Positions 17,466 to 27,406 of a stretch of DNA of 64,000 nucleotides are shown piece by piece; the first letter of the stretch is position 1; each line of letters starts with the position of its first letter. The position numbers were made by a program, and so were the translations under genes. The DNA comes from Verrucomicrobiota bacterium (GTDB lineage: Bacteria > Verrucomicrobiota > Verrucomicrobiia > CAIQCK01). The notes beneath the pieces were generated by a model. The model made no database searches and had not been told where the DNA came from. It saw only the letters and a list, made by a program, of their open reading frames with translations. The stretch is from NCBI GenBank assembly GCA_026397915.1, contig JAPLTX010000045.1:152561-216560 (forward strand), written 5' to 3'.

Positions 17466-19319
17466 ATGAGCACGCTCCACAAACTCCGTTTTCCCATCGT
17501 TTCGCTCTTGCTTGCCGCCGTCGCAGTCGTGACTGCTGCCGCCGCGACACCGAAGCGGCTCAAGCGCGCGGACAGTTTCTTCGGCATCCACTTCGACTTC
17601 CACGCAAACAAGGATTGCACCAACGTCGGCGCGAACACGACGCCCGCGATGGTCGAGAACATCATCAACCTCGTTCATCCCGACTACCTCCAGATTGACT
17701 GCAAAGGCCATCCAGGCATATCGAGTTATCCGACGAAGGTCGGCTATCAAGCGCCGCGTATCGTCGGCGATCCGCTACGCGTCTGGCGCGAAGTCACGGC
17801 CACACATGGCGTCGGCCTCTACATGCACTACTCCGGCGTGTGGGACTCAAAAGCCGTCAAGGAGCATCCCGACTGGGCCGCCATCAACGCCAACGGCAAA
17901 CCCAGCGAACGCGCCACATCGTTCTTTGGTCCTTACGCCGAGAAGCTGCTCATCCCGCAACTCCGCGAACTGGCCGGCGACTACGGCGTGGACGGCGCGT
18001 GGGTGGACGGCGAGTGCTGGGCGTCGGTGCAGGATTACGGCGCGGCGGCGCTGGCGGCGTTCCGCAAAGCTACCGGCATCACCAACGTGCCACGCAAGCC
18101 GGCGGATCCGCATTGGTTCGAGTTCCTCCAGTTCCACCGCGAGATGTTCCGCAAGTATCTGCGCCACTACATCGCCGAGGTGAAGAAGACGAACCCGAAC
18201 TTCCAAATATGTAGCAACTGGGCCTTCACCGACCACATGGCCGAGCCGGTGAGCGCGCCGGTGGATTTTCTGTCGGGCGATTATTCGCCGCAGGACAGCG
18301 TCAACTCCGCACGTCTCTCGGCGCGCTATCTCGCGCGGCAGGGCACGCCGTGGGACTTGATGGCATGGAGCTTCAGCACCAAGCCCACGCGCGCCCAGAA
18401 GACCGCCGCGCAGTTGCAACGCGAGGCCGCCGTGGTTCTCGCGATGGGAGGCGGCTTTCAGGCTTACTTCACCCAGAACCGCGACGGCTCGGTGCGCTTG
18501 AACGAGATGCCCGTGATGGCCGAGGTGGCGACGTTCTGCCGCGCCCGGCAGGCGATCTCTCATCACGCGCAGACCGTGCCGCAGGTGGGCCTGCTGCTCT
18601 CGACCACCGACCAGTATCGCCGGGCGAACGGACTCTTCTCGCGCGACCTGACGCGGATCAACGGCGCGCTCCATGCGCTGCTGGAAGGCCAGTGGTCCGT
18701 CGAAGTGCTCGGCGAACATCAACTCGCCGGCCGGCTGCGCGACTATCCGCTCATCGTCGTGCCAGAGTGCGAATACCTCGACGCGAAATTCCGCAATAGC
18801 CTTGCCGCCTACGTCAAAGCCGGTGGCAACCTGCTCCTCATCGGACCGAGTGCTGCAAAGCTGTTTGAACGAGAGCTTGGCGGCAAGCTGGAAGGTGAAA
18901 CCAAGATCGCCACGTATGGCCAGGGCAAGGTCGCTTGTTCGAGCTTCAGCGGGCAGACGTATCTGCGAGAGCGGCCGGAGCCGTTGCGGCGGTCGCTAAA
19001 CGACCTCGCACGCCAACTGTTCCCGAAGCCGATGGTCGAAGTGAAAGGCTCCAACGAGGTGGATGTCTGCCTCGCGCGCAATCACGGCAAGCTCCTCGTC
19101 AACCTCGTCAACGCGGGCGGCCCACACAAGACGCAGTCCATCATCGAGACCATCCCGCCCATCGGCCCGCTCGACATCACCCTCCGCCTGCCTCGCAACC
19201 CCGCCGCCGTCACACTCGAACCTGGCGCCCGCCCGCTGGCAACCGACTACCGCGATGGCCAACTGCGCCTGAACGTCCCGAAGGTGGAGATCCACGAAAT
19301 CATCGCCGTGCAACCGTAG
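17466..19319 (+). CDS. Secreted putative glycoside hydrolase: TIM-barrel-like N-domain (GHL6-like) plus GATase1-like / beta-galactosidase-trimerisation-type domain
   Basis: Signal peptide; FFGIHFDFHAN, DGAWVDGECWA, CSNWAFTD; C-terminal DYPLIVVPECEYLDAKFRNSLAAYVKAGGNLLLIG resembles the GH42 domain-B fold. Confidence 0.55.
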   Translation: MSTLHKLRFPIVSLLLAAVAVVTAAAATPKRLKRADSFFGIHFDFHANKDCTNVGANTTPAMVENIINLVHPDYLQIDCKGHPGISSYPTKVGYQAPRIVGDPLRVWREVTATHGVGLYMHYSGVWDSKAVKEHPDWAAINANGKPSERATSFFGPYAEKLLIPQLRELAGDYGVDGAWVDGECWASVQDYGAAALAAFRKATGITNVPRKPADPHWFEFLQFHREMFRKYLRHYIAEVKKTNPNFQICSNWAFTDHMAEPVSAPVDFLSGDYSPQDSVNSARLSARYLARQGTPWDLMAWSFSTKPTRAQKTAAQLQREAAVVLAMGGGFQAYFTQNRDGSVRLNEMPVMAEVATFCRARQAISHHAQTVPQVGLLLSTTDQYRRANGLFSRDLTRINGALHALLEGQWSVEVLGEHQLAGRLRDYPLIVVPECEYLDAKFRNSLAAYVKAGGNLLLIGPSAAKLFERELGGKLEGETKIATYGQGKVACSSFSGQTYLRERPEPLRRSLNDLARQLFPKPMVEVKGSNEVDVCLARNHGKLLVNLVNAGGPHKTQSIIETIPPIGPLDITLRLPRNPAAVTLEPGARPLATDYRDGQLRLNVPKVEIHEIIAVQP

Positions 19320-19340
19320 GCCAGACACTCTTGTCTGGCT
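19320..19340. terminator. Hairpin GCCAGACA-CTCT-TGTCTGGC in convergent intergenic region (gene 17466 / accD); no U-tract
   Basis: 8-bp stem and 4-nt loop directly after stop codon TAG 19317-19319. The same palindrome type recurs at ~39535 and ~39572. Confidence 0.35.
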
Positions 19341-19454
19341 CCAGAACGACGACAGGTGAATAGAACAACGGGCAACAAAAACAACTCCGAGCGTGATAGT
19401 TTTCTTCCCTGGTTCTTCTGCCCCCTGCTTTTCGCCTACCAATCCGCCGGTTCG

Positions 19455-20318
19455 CTAACCCGTCACTGCCGGCTGAACTGCAGGCAAGAGGTAATCAATC
19501 ACTTTCGCCAGCGTCGCCTTGAGTTGCTTGCGGTGAACCACCAGGTCAATCAGCCCGCGCTCCAACAGAAACTCCGCCGTCTGGAAACCTCGCGGTAATT
19601 CCGACTGCGTCGTATCCTTGATCACCCGCGGCCCGGCAAATCCAATCAGCGCGCTCGGCTCCGCCACAATGATGTCGCCGAGGCTGGCGAAGCTCGCCAT
19701 CACGCCAGCGTAGGTCGGATTCGTCAGCACGCTCACGTAAGGCAGCCGCGCTTGCGCGTGCCGCGTCAACGCCGCCGACGTCTTGGCCATCTGCATCAGC
19801 GACAGCATTCCTTCATACATTCGCGCGCCACCGGAGGCGCTCACGACGACGCACGCCATCCGCTCGCTGGTGCTGCGCTCAATAAGCCGTGTAATCTTCT
19901 CGCCAACCACCGATCCCATGCTCGCGCCGAGGAACCGGAAATCCATCACTGCCAACCCCACGCGATGCGGCCCCATCAGGCCCAGACCGGTGATTACGGC
20001 GTCCTTCAGGCCGGTTTCCTCGCGGTTCTGCTTGAGCTTGTCGGCGTAGGCTGAGACGCCGGTAAACTTCAGCGCGTCCACCGAGATCATTTCGCTGTCC
20101 ATCTCCTGAAAACTCCCCTGCTCCACCAGCGACGCAATACGCTGCCATGCGCCCAGCGGGAAATGGAAGCCGCACTTCAGGCAAATCCGCAGGTTCTGGT
20201 CCAATTCCCGCGTGTAGATCGCCTCGCCACAACTCTTGCACTTCGTCCAAAGTCCTTCCGGTATCTCCACACGCTTCGCCGGCGTCTTGGGCACTTTTGA
20301 TTTTTTTGCTTCGACCAT
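19455..20318 (-). CDS. accD: Acetyl-CoA carboxylase carboxyltransferase subunit beta
   Basis: N-terminal C4 zinc ribbon CKSCGEAIY...CLKCGFHF, then carboxyltransferase domain GASMGSVVGEKI. Confidence 0.92.
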   Translation of the reverse strand: MVEAKKSKVPKTPAKRVEIPEGLWTKCKSCGEAIYTRELDQNLRICLKCGFHFPLGAWQRIASLVEQGSFQEMDSEMISVDALKFTGVSAYADKLKQNREETGLKDAVITGLGLMGPHRVGLAVMDFRFLGASMGSVVGEKITRLIERSTSERMACVVVSASGGARMYEGMLSLMQMAKTSAALTRHAQARLPYVSVLTNPTYAGVMASFASLGDIIVAEPSALIGFAGPRVIKDTTQSELPRGFQTAEFLLERGLIDLVVHRKQLKATLAKVIDYLLPAVQPAVTG

Positions 20319-20333
20319 AAACTTCGTGTCTTA

Positions 20334-21065
20334 TTAACCGCGGCTCACCGTCAGCACCATCACCGATGCGGCGCCCGCAGTGCGCAGCACCCTAGCACAC
20401 TCGTTCGTCGTCGCTCCAGTGGTAAATACGTCGTCCACCACCACCACGCGCCGTTTCATGAATTCCGCAGGCCGGCGGAGCGCGAACGCACCACGCACGT
20501 TCTCCACGCGCTCCGACGCGTTGAGAAACGCCTGTGTCGCCGTGTCGCGCGTCCGTCGCAGGTTCCCAACGCTCAACGCCGCTGGCAAGGCGCGCACCAG
20601 CCGCCGCGCAAACCACTCCGCCTGGTTGAAATGCCGCTGCCGTTCCCGCGGTGGAAACAACGGCACCGGTGTCACACAATCCACCTTGTCCCATTCGATC
20701 CGGTCCCGCGCCACCGCGATGAGTAACTCCGCCAGCTCCGGCCCCAGCCAAAGCGCGCCGTTGTATTTGAACCGGTGGATGCATTCCCGCGCCACGCCCA
20801 TCAGGCGGCAGGCGCAGACGGCGCACTCAAAGTGAAATACCTTGTCCGCGCAGTGCGAACACCTGAAGCCCTCGCCGGCCAAGCCTTCAAACGGCAAACT
20901 GCACCGCTCGCAGAACGGCCGCCGCAACGGCTGCAAGTCCTTGGCACACTTGCCGCAAAGCATGCTGCGGCCACCAGCCTCGCGCGTTCCTTTGCAGACG
21001 GCGCAATCAGCCGGATAAAACAGTTCCAGCGCGACGTTTACCCATTCCTTGATCACTCCGATCAT
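20334..21065 (-). CDS. ComF-family / phosphoribosyltransferase-domain protein
   Basis: N-terminal Cys pairs (CAVC...CGKC, CERC...CSHC) and C-terminal PRTase motif VVVVDDVFTTGAT. Likely start is the internal Met 21065; the ORF extends to 21137, overlapping the CPBP gene. Confidence 0.7.
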   Translation of the reverse strand: MIGVIKEWVNVALELFYPADCAVCKGTREAGGRSMLCGKCAKDLQPLRRPFCERCSLPFEGLAGEGFRCSHCADKVFHFECAVCACRLMGVARECIHRFKYNGALWLGPELAELLIAVARDRIEWDKVDCVTPVPLFPPRERQRHFNQAEWFARRLVRALPAALSVGNLRRTRDTATQAFLNASERVENVRGAFALRRPAEFMKRRVVVVDDVFTTGATTNECARVLRTAGAASVMVLTVSRG

Positions 21066-21990
21066 AGAACCTCGTAATGAGCCGCTCGAAACCCGCCAGC
21101 GCCAGCCACAACAAAGCAAGCGCCGGCCACGCGGCAAGCCCGTTCACCAACTCGAACGCTCCCGACCCAAATAGCCAGCCCAAGTTCTCCCCGCCATCTT
21201 CCGTCACTGCCAGCAGTATCCGCAACGCCGCCACCGCGCCCGCGTGGACGCCGATGGACAGGAACAGGGAACCTGACCGCACGTAACACCACGCCAGCAA
21301 CGCTCCCAATGCCGTCAGCGACACCATTGCCGGCAATACACCCGCCATTTGTGCGGGCGGCGCGCTCCAAAAATGCAGACCCGCATAGAGCAAACTGCTC
21401 ACCCACAACGCCTGCGCCACGCCCCAATCACGCCGTAGCGCGCCAAAGAGGACTCCCCGAAAAAAGAACTCCTCAAAAACACCCACTCCCACGCCAACCG
21501 CCAATGGCTTCATTGCATCCAGCCACGCAAAGCCATCCCACACCCGATGCCCCGCAAACAGCGCCGCGCATCCGAGCAACATCATCGCTCCAAACGCCAA
21601 CGCCCATCCGGTAACCGCTCGAAGCACGGCCAGCACCACCTTTGATCGCAGTCCCAGTTGTGCCAGATTCGCCATGCCCAACTCCCGCAACAACGGCCAC
21701 AGAGCCGCCACCGCAGTGACCATTGTGCAACGCTTGAAGAATTTTCCCCAAGGCTTCCCTGCAAACCAACCGAAGTGTTCGCAAACCCATTGCGTCGGGA
21801 ACGACAACACCAGCGCCACCGCCAGCACTGCCACCGAATAGATTCCGAGCACACGCAGGGTCTTCACGCGCCCCGATTCTCCGGTCGCAGTCCGAGAAAG
21901 CAAGCGAGAAACCGATCCCAAACCGAGCCGCATTCCAATACCGGTCGCTGGCGGGTATTGCGAATCTTTCACTACTTCCGCTAGACTCAT
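21007..21990 (-). CDS. CPBP-family (CAAX-type) intramembrane metalloprotease
   Basis: Multi-pass membrane protein with EEFFFRG and downstream His motifs. The ORF extends to 22218, but Met at 21990 is 4 nt from the divergent DUF554 start. Confidence 0.65.
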   Translation of the reverse strand: MSLAEVVKDSQYPPATGIGMRLGLGSVSRLLSRTATGESGRVKTLRVLGIYSVAVLAVALVLSFPTQWVCEHFGWFAGKPWGKFFKRCTMVTAVAALWPLLRELGMANLAQLGLRSKVVLAVLRAVTGWALAFGAMMLLGCAALFAGHRVWDGFAWLDAMKPLAVGVGVGVFEEFFFRGVLFGALRRDWGVAQALWVSSLLYAGLHFWSAPPAQMAGVLPAMVSLTALGALLAWCYVRSGSLFLSIGVHAGAVAALRILLAVTEDGGENLGWLFGSGAFELVNGLAAWPALALLWLALAGFERLITRFYDRSDQGMGKRRAGTVLSG

Positions 21991-21993
21991 CTC

Positions 21994-22671
21994 ATGGTTG
22001 GCACCCTGATTAACGTCGGCACCGTTCTCGTGGGCGGCTGCGTCGGGCTTTTTCTGCACCGCGCGCTTCCGGAACGGTTCCAACGCATCGTGCTGCAAGG
22101 GCTGGGACTGATAACGCTTCTGCTCGGCTTCCAGATGGCGCTCAAGACCGCCAACATCTTCATCGTGCTCGCCAGTCTGCTCATCGGCGCGTTGCTCGGC
22201 GAATGGTGGCGGTTGCAAGACCGGCTGGACGCGCTGGGTCGCTGGCTGGAATCGAAGTTCAAGCGCGGCGACAACGACCGCTTCACCGAAGGCTTCGTGA
22301 CGACGAGCCTGCTGTTCTGCGTCGGCCCGCTGGCGCTGCTCGGCTCCATCCAGGACGGCGTCAGCGGCGATTACAAAACCCTCGCCATCAAGTCGTTCAT
22401 GGACGGCTTTGCTGCGATGGTGTTTGCGGCTGAACTGGGCTGGGGCGTTCTGTTCTCCGCCGTGTCAGTGCTGGTTTACCAAGGCGGCATCACGCTCGCC
22501 GCCGCCCCGCTGCAACGCGTGCTGACCGACCCGATGATCAACGAAATGACCGCCGTCGGCGGCCTCATGATTGTCGGCATCGGCCTGATGCTGCTGGAGA
22601 TCAAGCGGCTGCCGCTCGCGAACTTCCTGCCCGCACTCGCCATCGCGCCGCTGCTGGCGAAGTTCTGCTGA
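21994..22671 (+). CDS. DUF554-family inner membrane protein
   Basis: MVGTLINVGTVLVGGCVGLF N-terminus and hydrophobic profile typical of DUF554. Confidence 0.7.
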   Translation: MVGTLINVGTVLVGGCVGLFLHRALPERFQRIVLQGLGLITLLLGFQMALKTANIFIVLASLLIGALLGEWWRLQDRLDALGRWLESKFKRGDNDRFTEGFVTTSLLFCVGPLALLGSIQDGVSGDYKTLAIKSFMDGFAAMVFAAELGWGVLFSAVSVLVYQGGITLAAAPLQRVLTDPMINEMTAVGGLMIVGIGLMLLEIKRLPLANFLPALAIAPLLAKFC

Positions 22672-22698
22672 GCGCGCCCACAACCGCTCCCAGCCTGC

Positions 22699-23490
22699 TT
22701 ACTGCGCAGCCCAGAACAACAACACCGCGCCCGCAAGAATGCGATACCAGCCGAAGCCTATGAACGTGTGTGTCTGGATGTAGCGCAGCAGCCACTTCAC
22801 GGCAATGAACGACACCACCGCCGAGACCACCGTGCACCAAAGCAGCAACAGCCAGTTCTCCGGCTCGGTTCCCGGCGGAGGATGATGCAGCGCCTTGAAT
22901 ATCTTCAGTCCGCCCGCCGCCAACATCGTGGGAATGCCGACGAGAAACGAAAACTCTGTTGCTGCCGGCCGGCTCATGCCCAGCGCCAGCATCAACAGGA
23001 TGGTCGAACCCGAACGCGACGTGCCGGGGAACACTGCGGCGATCAACTGTCCAACGCCCACCGCGACCACCACTGCCCACGTCAGGTTGCCCAATGGCTC
23101 CTTGTTCTCGAGCCACCACTCGATCACCAGAAAGAGCACGCCGCCGATCATCAACGCCATTGCGACTGGCACGGTTTCCTCGGGCAACTTGAAATGGAGC
23201 TTCTCCAGAATGACGCCACCGATGCCGGTGATCACAAACGCCGCAGCCAGCTTGATGATGAAGTCGCGCGCCTCCGGTTCACGCCAGCGGAAGAAAACCT
23301 GCCGCAGCCGGTCCGGAAACAACGGCAACACTGCCACGACCGCGCCGCACTGGATGACGACGTTAAAGAGGTCACTTTTCCGGACGTCCAGCGCGTGCTC
23401 CAGGATGAGCAGGTGACCGGTGGACGAGATCGGCAGAAACTCCGTGATGCCTTCGACAACGCCAATGATAAACGCGTAAAACCAATCCAT
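22699..23490 (-). CDS. uppP: Undecaprenyl-diphosphate phosphatase
   Basis: EGITEFLPISSTGHL motif; 8 TM segments; start at internal Met (MDWFYAFIIG). Confidence 0.88.
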   Translation of the reverse strand: MDWFYAFIIGVVEGITEFLPISSTGHLLILEHALDVRKSDLFNVVIQCGAVVAVLPLFPDRLRQVFFRWREPEARDFIIKLAAAFVITGIGGVILEKLHFKLPEETVPVAMALMIGGVLFLVIEWWLENKEPLGNLTWAVVVAVGVGQLIAAVFPGTSRSGSTILLMLALGMSRPAATEFSFLVGIPTMLAAGGLKIFKALHHPPPGTEPENWLLLLWCTVVSAVVSFIAVKWLLRYIQTHTFIGFGWYRILAGAVLLFWAAQ

Positions 23491-23497
23491 AAACGGT

Positions 23498-23710
23498 TCA
23501 GCCTCCGGCCACGATGCGGACAACTTCCAACTTATCGCCCTCTTTCAGTTCCACATTTACGAACTGGTCGCGGCGCAGCGGTTCGCCGTTGTGTTCGACG
23601 ATGACGATGCGTGGGTCCAGGCCCTGCCGCTGGATGAAATCCGTGATCCGGCACGGCAACTCGATGGTCGCCGGCTTGCCGTTGGCAGTGATGATGGCAG
23701 TCGCTTTCAT
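23498..23710 (-). CDS. thiS: Thiamine biosynthesis sulfur-carrier protein ThiS
   Basis: 70 aa ending in ...VVRIVAGG (C-terminal GG); overlaps the thiH stop by 4 nt. Confidence 0.85.
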   Translation of the reverse strand: MKATAIITANGKPATIELPCRITDFIQRQGLDPRIVIVEHNGEPLRRDQFVNVELKEGDKLEVVRIVAGG

Positions 23711-24912
23711 GGCACCGTGCTTTCAGATAACGCCGGATCCCAGTCCTTCCAGACTGGCTCGTAACCCAGCGAACGAAGCTTGGCAGCTACCTCCGCCGCC
23801 GAGCGCATGTCCGCTATCACAAATTGCTCCGTCGCGCAACAATGCTCGCCTTCGGACGAGATCGCCGCAACCTCGACGATTTTACCATGCTCCGTCCGGT
23901 GCAGTGTTTCGCTGCCGGCTCCCGTGTAACCGCCCGGTTCCGTGTGGCTGCCCGCACTCATCTGTGTGACGCCAAGCGGAATCAACCCGTCACGCAACCA
24001 CGGCGACTCGCGCGTGCTCAGCACGAGGCCGACGTGCGGAAACGTCAACCGCAACGCGCACACGAACTGCGCCATCTCGCGGTCGGTCATTGGATGCCGT
24101 GGCTCAAACTCGCCCGCTGCGGGCCGCAGCCGCGGCAGAGACACTGTGAGCTGCGCACGCCAGCATTTCTTCAGCAGATACTCCGCGTGCGCCGCCACCG
24201 CGATGGCCTCCTCACGCCACTTCCAGAGGCCAATCAACGCGCCAATGCCGAGCCGCCGGAAGCCCGCAGCGCAGCCGCGCTCCGGCGTCTCCAACCGCCA
24301 ATCAAAATCCTTCTTCGGCCCCGCTGTGTGCATCTCGCGATAGACATCGCGGTTGTAGGTCTCCTGATAAACCACCAGCCCTTCGCAACCCGCCGCGACC
24401 ATGGGCCGGTAATCGTCCGTTTCCAGCGGACCAACCTCAATGCTGATCGAAGGCACGCCCGCCGCGTGTAACGCCGCCACGCAATCGCACAGGTAGCTGT
24501 TCGAGACAAACTTCGGATGCTCACCCGCCACGAGCAGGATGTTGCGGAAGCCTTCCGCCACGAGATGCCGCGTCTCCGTCATCGCCTGCTCCACGGTCAG
24601 CGTCGTGCGCAGGACCGAGTTGTCCCGTGAGAAGCCGCAGTATTTACAGTTGTTGATGCACTCGTTGGAAAGATACACCGGCGCGAAAAGACGCATCGCC
24701 TTGCCGAAATGCTTCACTGTCAGCGCGTGGCTCTCCCGCGCCATCACCTCCAGGAACGGCGTCGCCGCCGGCGAGATCAGCGCCGCAAAATCGGACAGCG
24801 AGCGATGCGCTCCACGAGCAAGCGCACGCTCTACGTCAACCGCCGTTGCGCGCTCAGCAAGTTTCGCGAGGTCAGCAAGCGGGAGCTCGTTGAAGACACT
24901 GACAAAACTCAT
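23707..24912 (-). CDS. thiH: 2-iminoacetate synthase ThiH (radical SAM)
   Basis: CINNCKYCGF radical-SAM Cx3Cx2C motif; adjacent to thiS and thiG. Confidence 0.85.
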   Translation of the reverse strand: MSFVSVFNELPLADLAKLAERATAVDVERALARGAHRSLSDFAALISPAATPFLEVMARESHALTVKHFGKAMRLFAPVYLSNECINNCKYCGFSRDNSVLRTTLTVEQAMTETRHLVAEGFRNILLVAGEHPKFVSNSYLCDCVAALHAAGVPSISIEVGPLETDDYRPMVAAGCEGLVVYQETYNRDVYREMHTAGPKKDFDWRLETPERGCAAGFRRLGIGALIGLWKWREEAIAVAAHAEYLLKKCWRAQLTVSLPRLRPAAGEFEPRHPMTDREMAQFVCALRLTFPHVGLVLSTRESPWLRDGLIPLGVTQMSAGSHTEPGGYTGAGSETLHRTEHGKIVEVAAISSEGEHCCATEQFVIADMRSAAEVAAKLRSLGYEPVWKDWDPALSESTVP

Positions 24913-25045
24913 TTGCTTACAAAAACGCTGTCATCCGCCTAACCACAGCGGGGTTCGTCAAGATGCTCAGTTGGTGCATGAGGAAACGTTAGCCCGAACC
25001 CACCCCGTTGCGCAAGTTTGCCTGACATCGCGGTGCAGCGGCAAA

Positions 25046-25582
25046 TCAGTGACGGTTCACTGGTTTGTCGGGAGGATCTGAATCACTGCATGAATCTTCT
25101 TCCGCTTCCCGCGATTTCTTCTCTCCCTCGTGGCACACGTGCATGACCGCGCCTCCTACGCCACCGATGACAAACAACAGCAGTAAATCGCCGATGGTCG
25201 GCGCACGCATCCCACCGCCGACCACGGCGGCCAAGCCAGGCAGGCCGACCGTAATCAGCGTCAGGATGCCGCCCTTGATAAAGGCAGAGCCGACTTCCTT
25301 GGCCGTGACTTTCGGAAAATTGCCCTCAACCACCTCTGTCCCCTCCGGCGGAACGAAATCATCTGCCAGCGGTCTGGCCCCTTCCTCGCCTCGCAAGATA
25401 CGGCCGGCCTTTTCGGCATCTTCGTCAGATACTTCCAACCGGATCGGGATGGCAGTCGTGCCCGCTCCGACCACGGCAAGGCTGATCTCATCAAATAGAA
25501 ATCCCTCGATTCCTGCCGCCTGCAACCGTGATAACGCCAATGACGCCTCGGCTTGGTGGATGAACTTGCCGACGGTCGTCAT
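25046..25582 (-). CDS. DUF2007-like small membrane protein (N-terminal putative signalling fold, C-terminal TM and acidic tail)
   Basis: KFIHQAEASLALSRLQAAGIEGFLFDE N-terminus; GGILTLITVGLPGLAAVVGG TM segment; sits between thiG and thiH. Confidence 0.5.
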   Translation of the reverse strand: MTTVGKFIHQAEASLALSRLQAAGIEGFLFDEISLAVVGAGTTAIPIRLEVSDEDAEKAGRILRGEEGARPLADDFVPPEGTEVVEGNFPKVTAKEVGSAFIKGGILTLITVGLPGLAAVVGGGMRAPTIGDLLLLFVIGGVGGAVMHVCHEGEKKSREAEEDSCSDSDPPDKPVNRH

Positions 25583-25594
25583 ACAAAGCTCCGT

Positions 25595-26386
25595 TCACCG
25601 CTCCAAGAATCCCGTTAATGGGCTGGTCGGCTGCGCTTCCTGCGAGCGCGGCGCAAGGCCGATCTCGTAGGCGTCGCGGCCGGCTTCGACGGCGGCTTTG
25701 AAAGCGCGGGCCATGCGAATCGGGTCGGCGGCGACGGCAATGGCGGTGTTGATAAGGACGGCACCGGCACCAAGTTCCATTGCCTCTGCGGCGTGGCTGG
25801 GCGCGCCCAATCCGGCATCCACCACAACGGGAACGGTGGTTTGTGCCAAGATAATCTCGATCTGCGCGCGCGTCTCAATGCCGCGAGCGCTGCCGATGGG
25901 CGAGCCAAGCGGCATGACCGTGGCGCAACCGGCGTCGGCCAGACGCTTCGCCAACACCGGGTCAGCGTTGATGTAGGGCAGCACGATGAAACCCTCCTTC
26001 ACCAACACCTCGGCGGCCTTCAACGTCTCGATCGGATCAGGCAGCAGGTAGTGCGGGTCGGGATGAATCTCCAGTTTCACCCAGTTGCCGAGGCCGGCAG
26101 CGAGGGCGAGTCTGGCAAGGCGAACAGCTTCGTCGGCATTCATCGCGCCGCTGGTATTCGGCAGGAGTTGCACGCGTTTGGCGTCAATGAACTCGAGGAT
26201 ATTCGCGAAACGGTCGTGCTGACCGCTGAGATCGGCGCGCCGCAAGGCGACGGTGACGATCTCGCTGCCGCTGGCGACGATGGCATCGCGCATCTGCTCG
26301 TTGGACGCGAACTTGCCCGTGCCGAGCAGCAGACGCGAGGTGAATTCGCGGCCGGCAATTTTCAACTTGGAAGGTTTGTCGGTCAT
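25595..26386 (-). CDS. thiG: Thiazole synthase ThiG
   Basis: Full-length match to the ThiG pattern ([18 protein letters not shown]...[10 protein letters not shown]...). Confidence 0.92.
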   Translation of the reverse strand: MTDKPSKLKIAGREFTSRLLLGTGKFASNEQMRDAIVASGSEIVTVALRRADLSGQHDRFANILEFIDAKRVQLLPNTSGAMNADEAVRLARLALAAGLGNWVKLEIHPDPHYLLPDPIETLKAAEVLVKEGFIVLPYINADPVLAKRLADAGCATVMPLGSPIGSARGIETRAQIEIILAQTTVPVVVDAGLGAPSHAAEAMELGAGAVLINTAIAVAADPIRMARAFKAAVEAGRDAYEIGLAPRSQEAQPTSPLTGFLER

Positions 26387-26456
26387 TTGAGCAAGTGATC
26401 AATAAGTCGTAATCAGTGAAGCTGCTATGAGGTTTACGCGCACTGAATGCTGGTCA

Positions 26457-27308
26457 CTAATTACCGGTTTCTGCCGGCTTCAGCACCTCGTTGGCACTGC
26501 CGCGGCGGTAGCCTTGAAGATCGAGCGCGACGTAGGCATAGCCAATCTCTTTGAGGCGGTTGACGATCGTTTCGCGGACGTTGTCCCCCGTCAGCCGCGC
26601 GATCTGGTCAGGCGCAACCTCGATGCGCGCAAACGGCACTGCACCGTTCGCCCCGCCGCGATGGTGTCGCACTCTCACGTCATGGAAGCCGAGGTCCCAG
26701 AGCGCATTCTCGGCAGCCTCGATCATCGCCAACGCTTGCGGTGTCACCGGCTCACCGTAAGGCACGCGGGAACTGAGGCACGCCATCTGCGGCTTCTGGG
26801 CCGTGGGCAGGCCAAGCGCAGCGGACAAGGCGCGGATGTCGGCCTTCGTGAGACCGGCTTCCTTGAGCGGCGCGCGAGCCTCAAACTTCACCGCCGCCTC
26901 CGCGCCGGGCCGAAAGTCGCCGATGTCGCTCGCGTTTTCGCCGTAAACGATCACCGCCATCCCCTCGGCTTTTGCGACGGGCACCAGTTTGTCAAACAGC
27001 TCGTGCTTGCAAAAGTAGCAACGGTTCGGCGGGTTGGCGACATAGTCAGCGTTGTCGAACTCGTCCGTCTTCACGACTCGAACCGGGAAACCAAACTCCT
27101 TGCCAAGTTGAAGCGCCTCGGCCAGTTCGCGCCGCGGCAGGCTGGGCGTATCGGCAATCACCGAGAGCGCCTTCGCCCCGAGCGTGTCGTGCGCCACGCG
27201 CGCCAGAAAAGCCGAATCCACCCCACCGCTATAGGCCACAAGCACACTGCCATAACCTCGCAGCAGATCGCGCAGGCGGTCGAACTTGGTTTGTAGTTGA
27301 GCGTCCAC
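26457..27308 (-). CDS. PP-loop ATP pyrophosphatase, LarE-like (TIGR00268-type sulfur transferase)
   Basis: SGGVDS PP-loop, CYFCK cysteine motif. The ORF runs to 27350 (TTG); the GTG at 27308 (VDAQLQTKFDRL...) fits family N-termini better. Confidence 0.7.
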   Translation of the reverse strand: MDAQLQTKFDRLRDLLRGYGSVLVAYSGGVDSAFLARVAHDTLGAKALSVIADTPSLPRRELAEALQLGKEFGFPVRVVKTDEFDNADYVANPPNRCYFCKHELFDKLVPVAKAEGMAVIVYGENASDIGDFRPGAEAAVKFEARAPLKEAGLTKADIRALSAALGLPTAQKPQMACLSSRVPYGEPVTPQALAMIEAAENALWDLGFHDVRVRHHRGGANGAVPFARIEVAPDQIARLTGDNVRETIVNRLKEIGYAYVALDLQGYRRGSANEVLKPAETGN

Positions 27309-27406
27309 GGAACGACTGTAGCGAGGTTGACAGAGGGTGTCAAAAAGCAATCAGCCCCGACGGGATGCGTCGAGGCTGGTCGCGGCGGGGAATTGTCATC
27401 AAGCCG

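Noticed and set aside
19320-19454. tRNA or small RNA genes in the larger intergenic gaps (19320-19454, 37751-37861, 44565-44735, 57891-58126)
   Set aside because: No cloverleaf-compatible acceptor/T-arm pattern (GTTC..A..C) or conserved RNase P/SRP/tmRNA blocks were seen by eye; only hairpins and palindromes. A tRNAscan/Infernal run would be needed to be certain.
26387-26456. TPP riboswitch upstream of thiG, and upstream of the LarE-like gene at 27309-27406
   Set aside because: Neither gap contains the GGGGUG / CUGAGA / pyrimidine-sensor blocks on the transcribed strand. Only the gap before thiH (24913-25045) has weak THI-box-like blocks, reported separately at low confidence.
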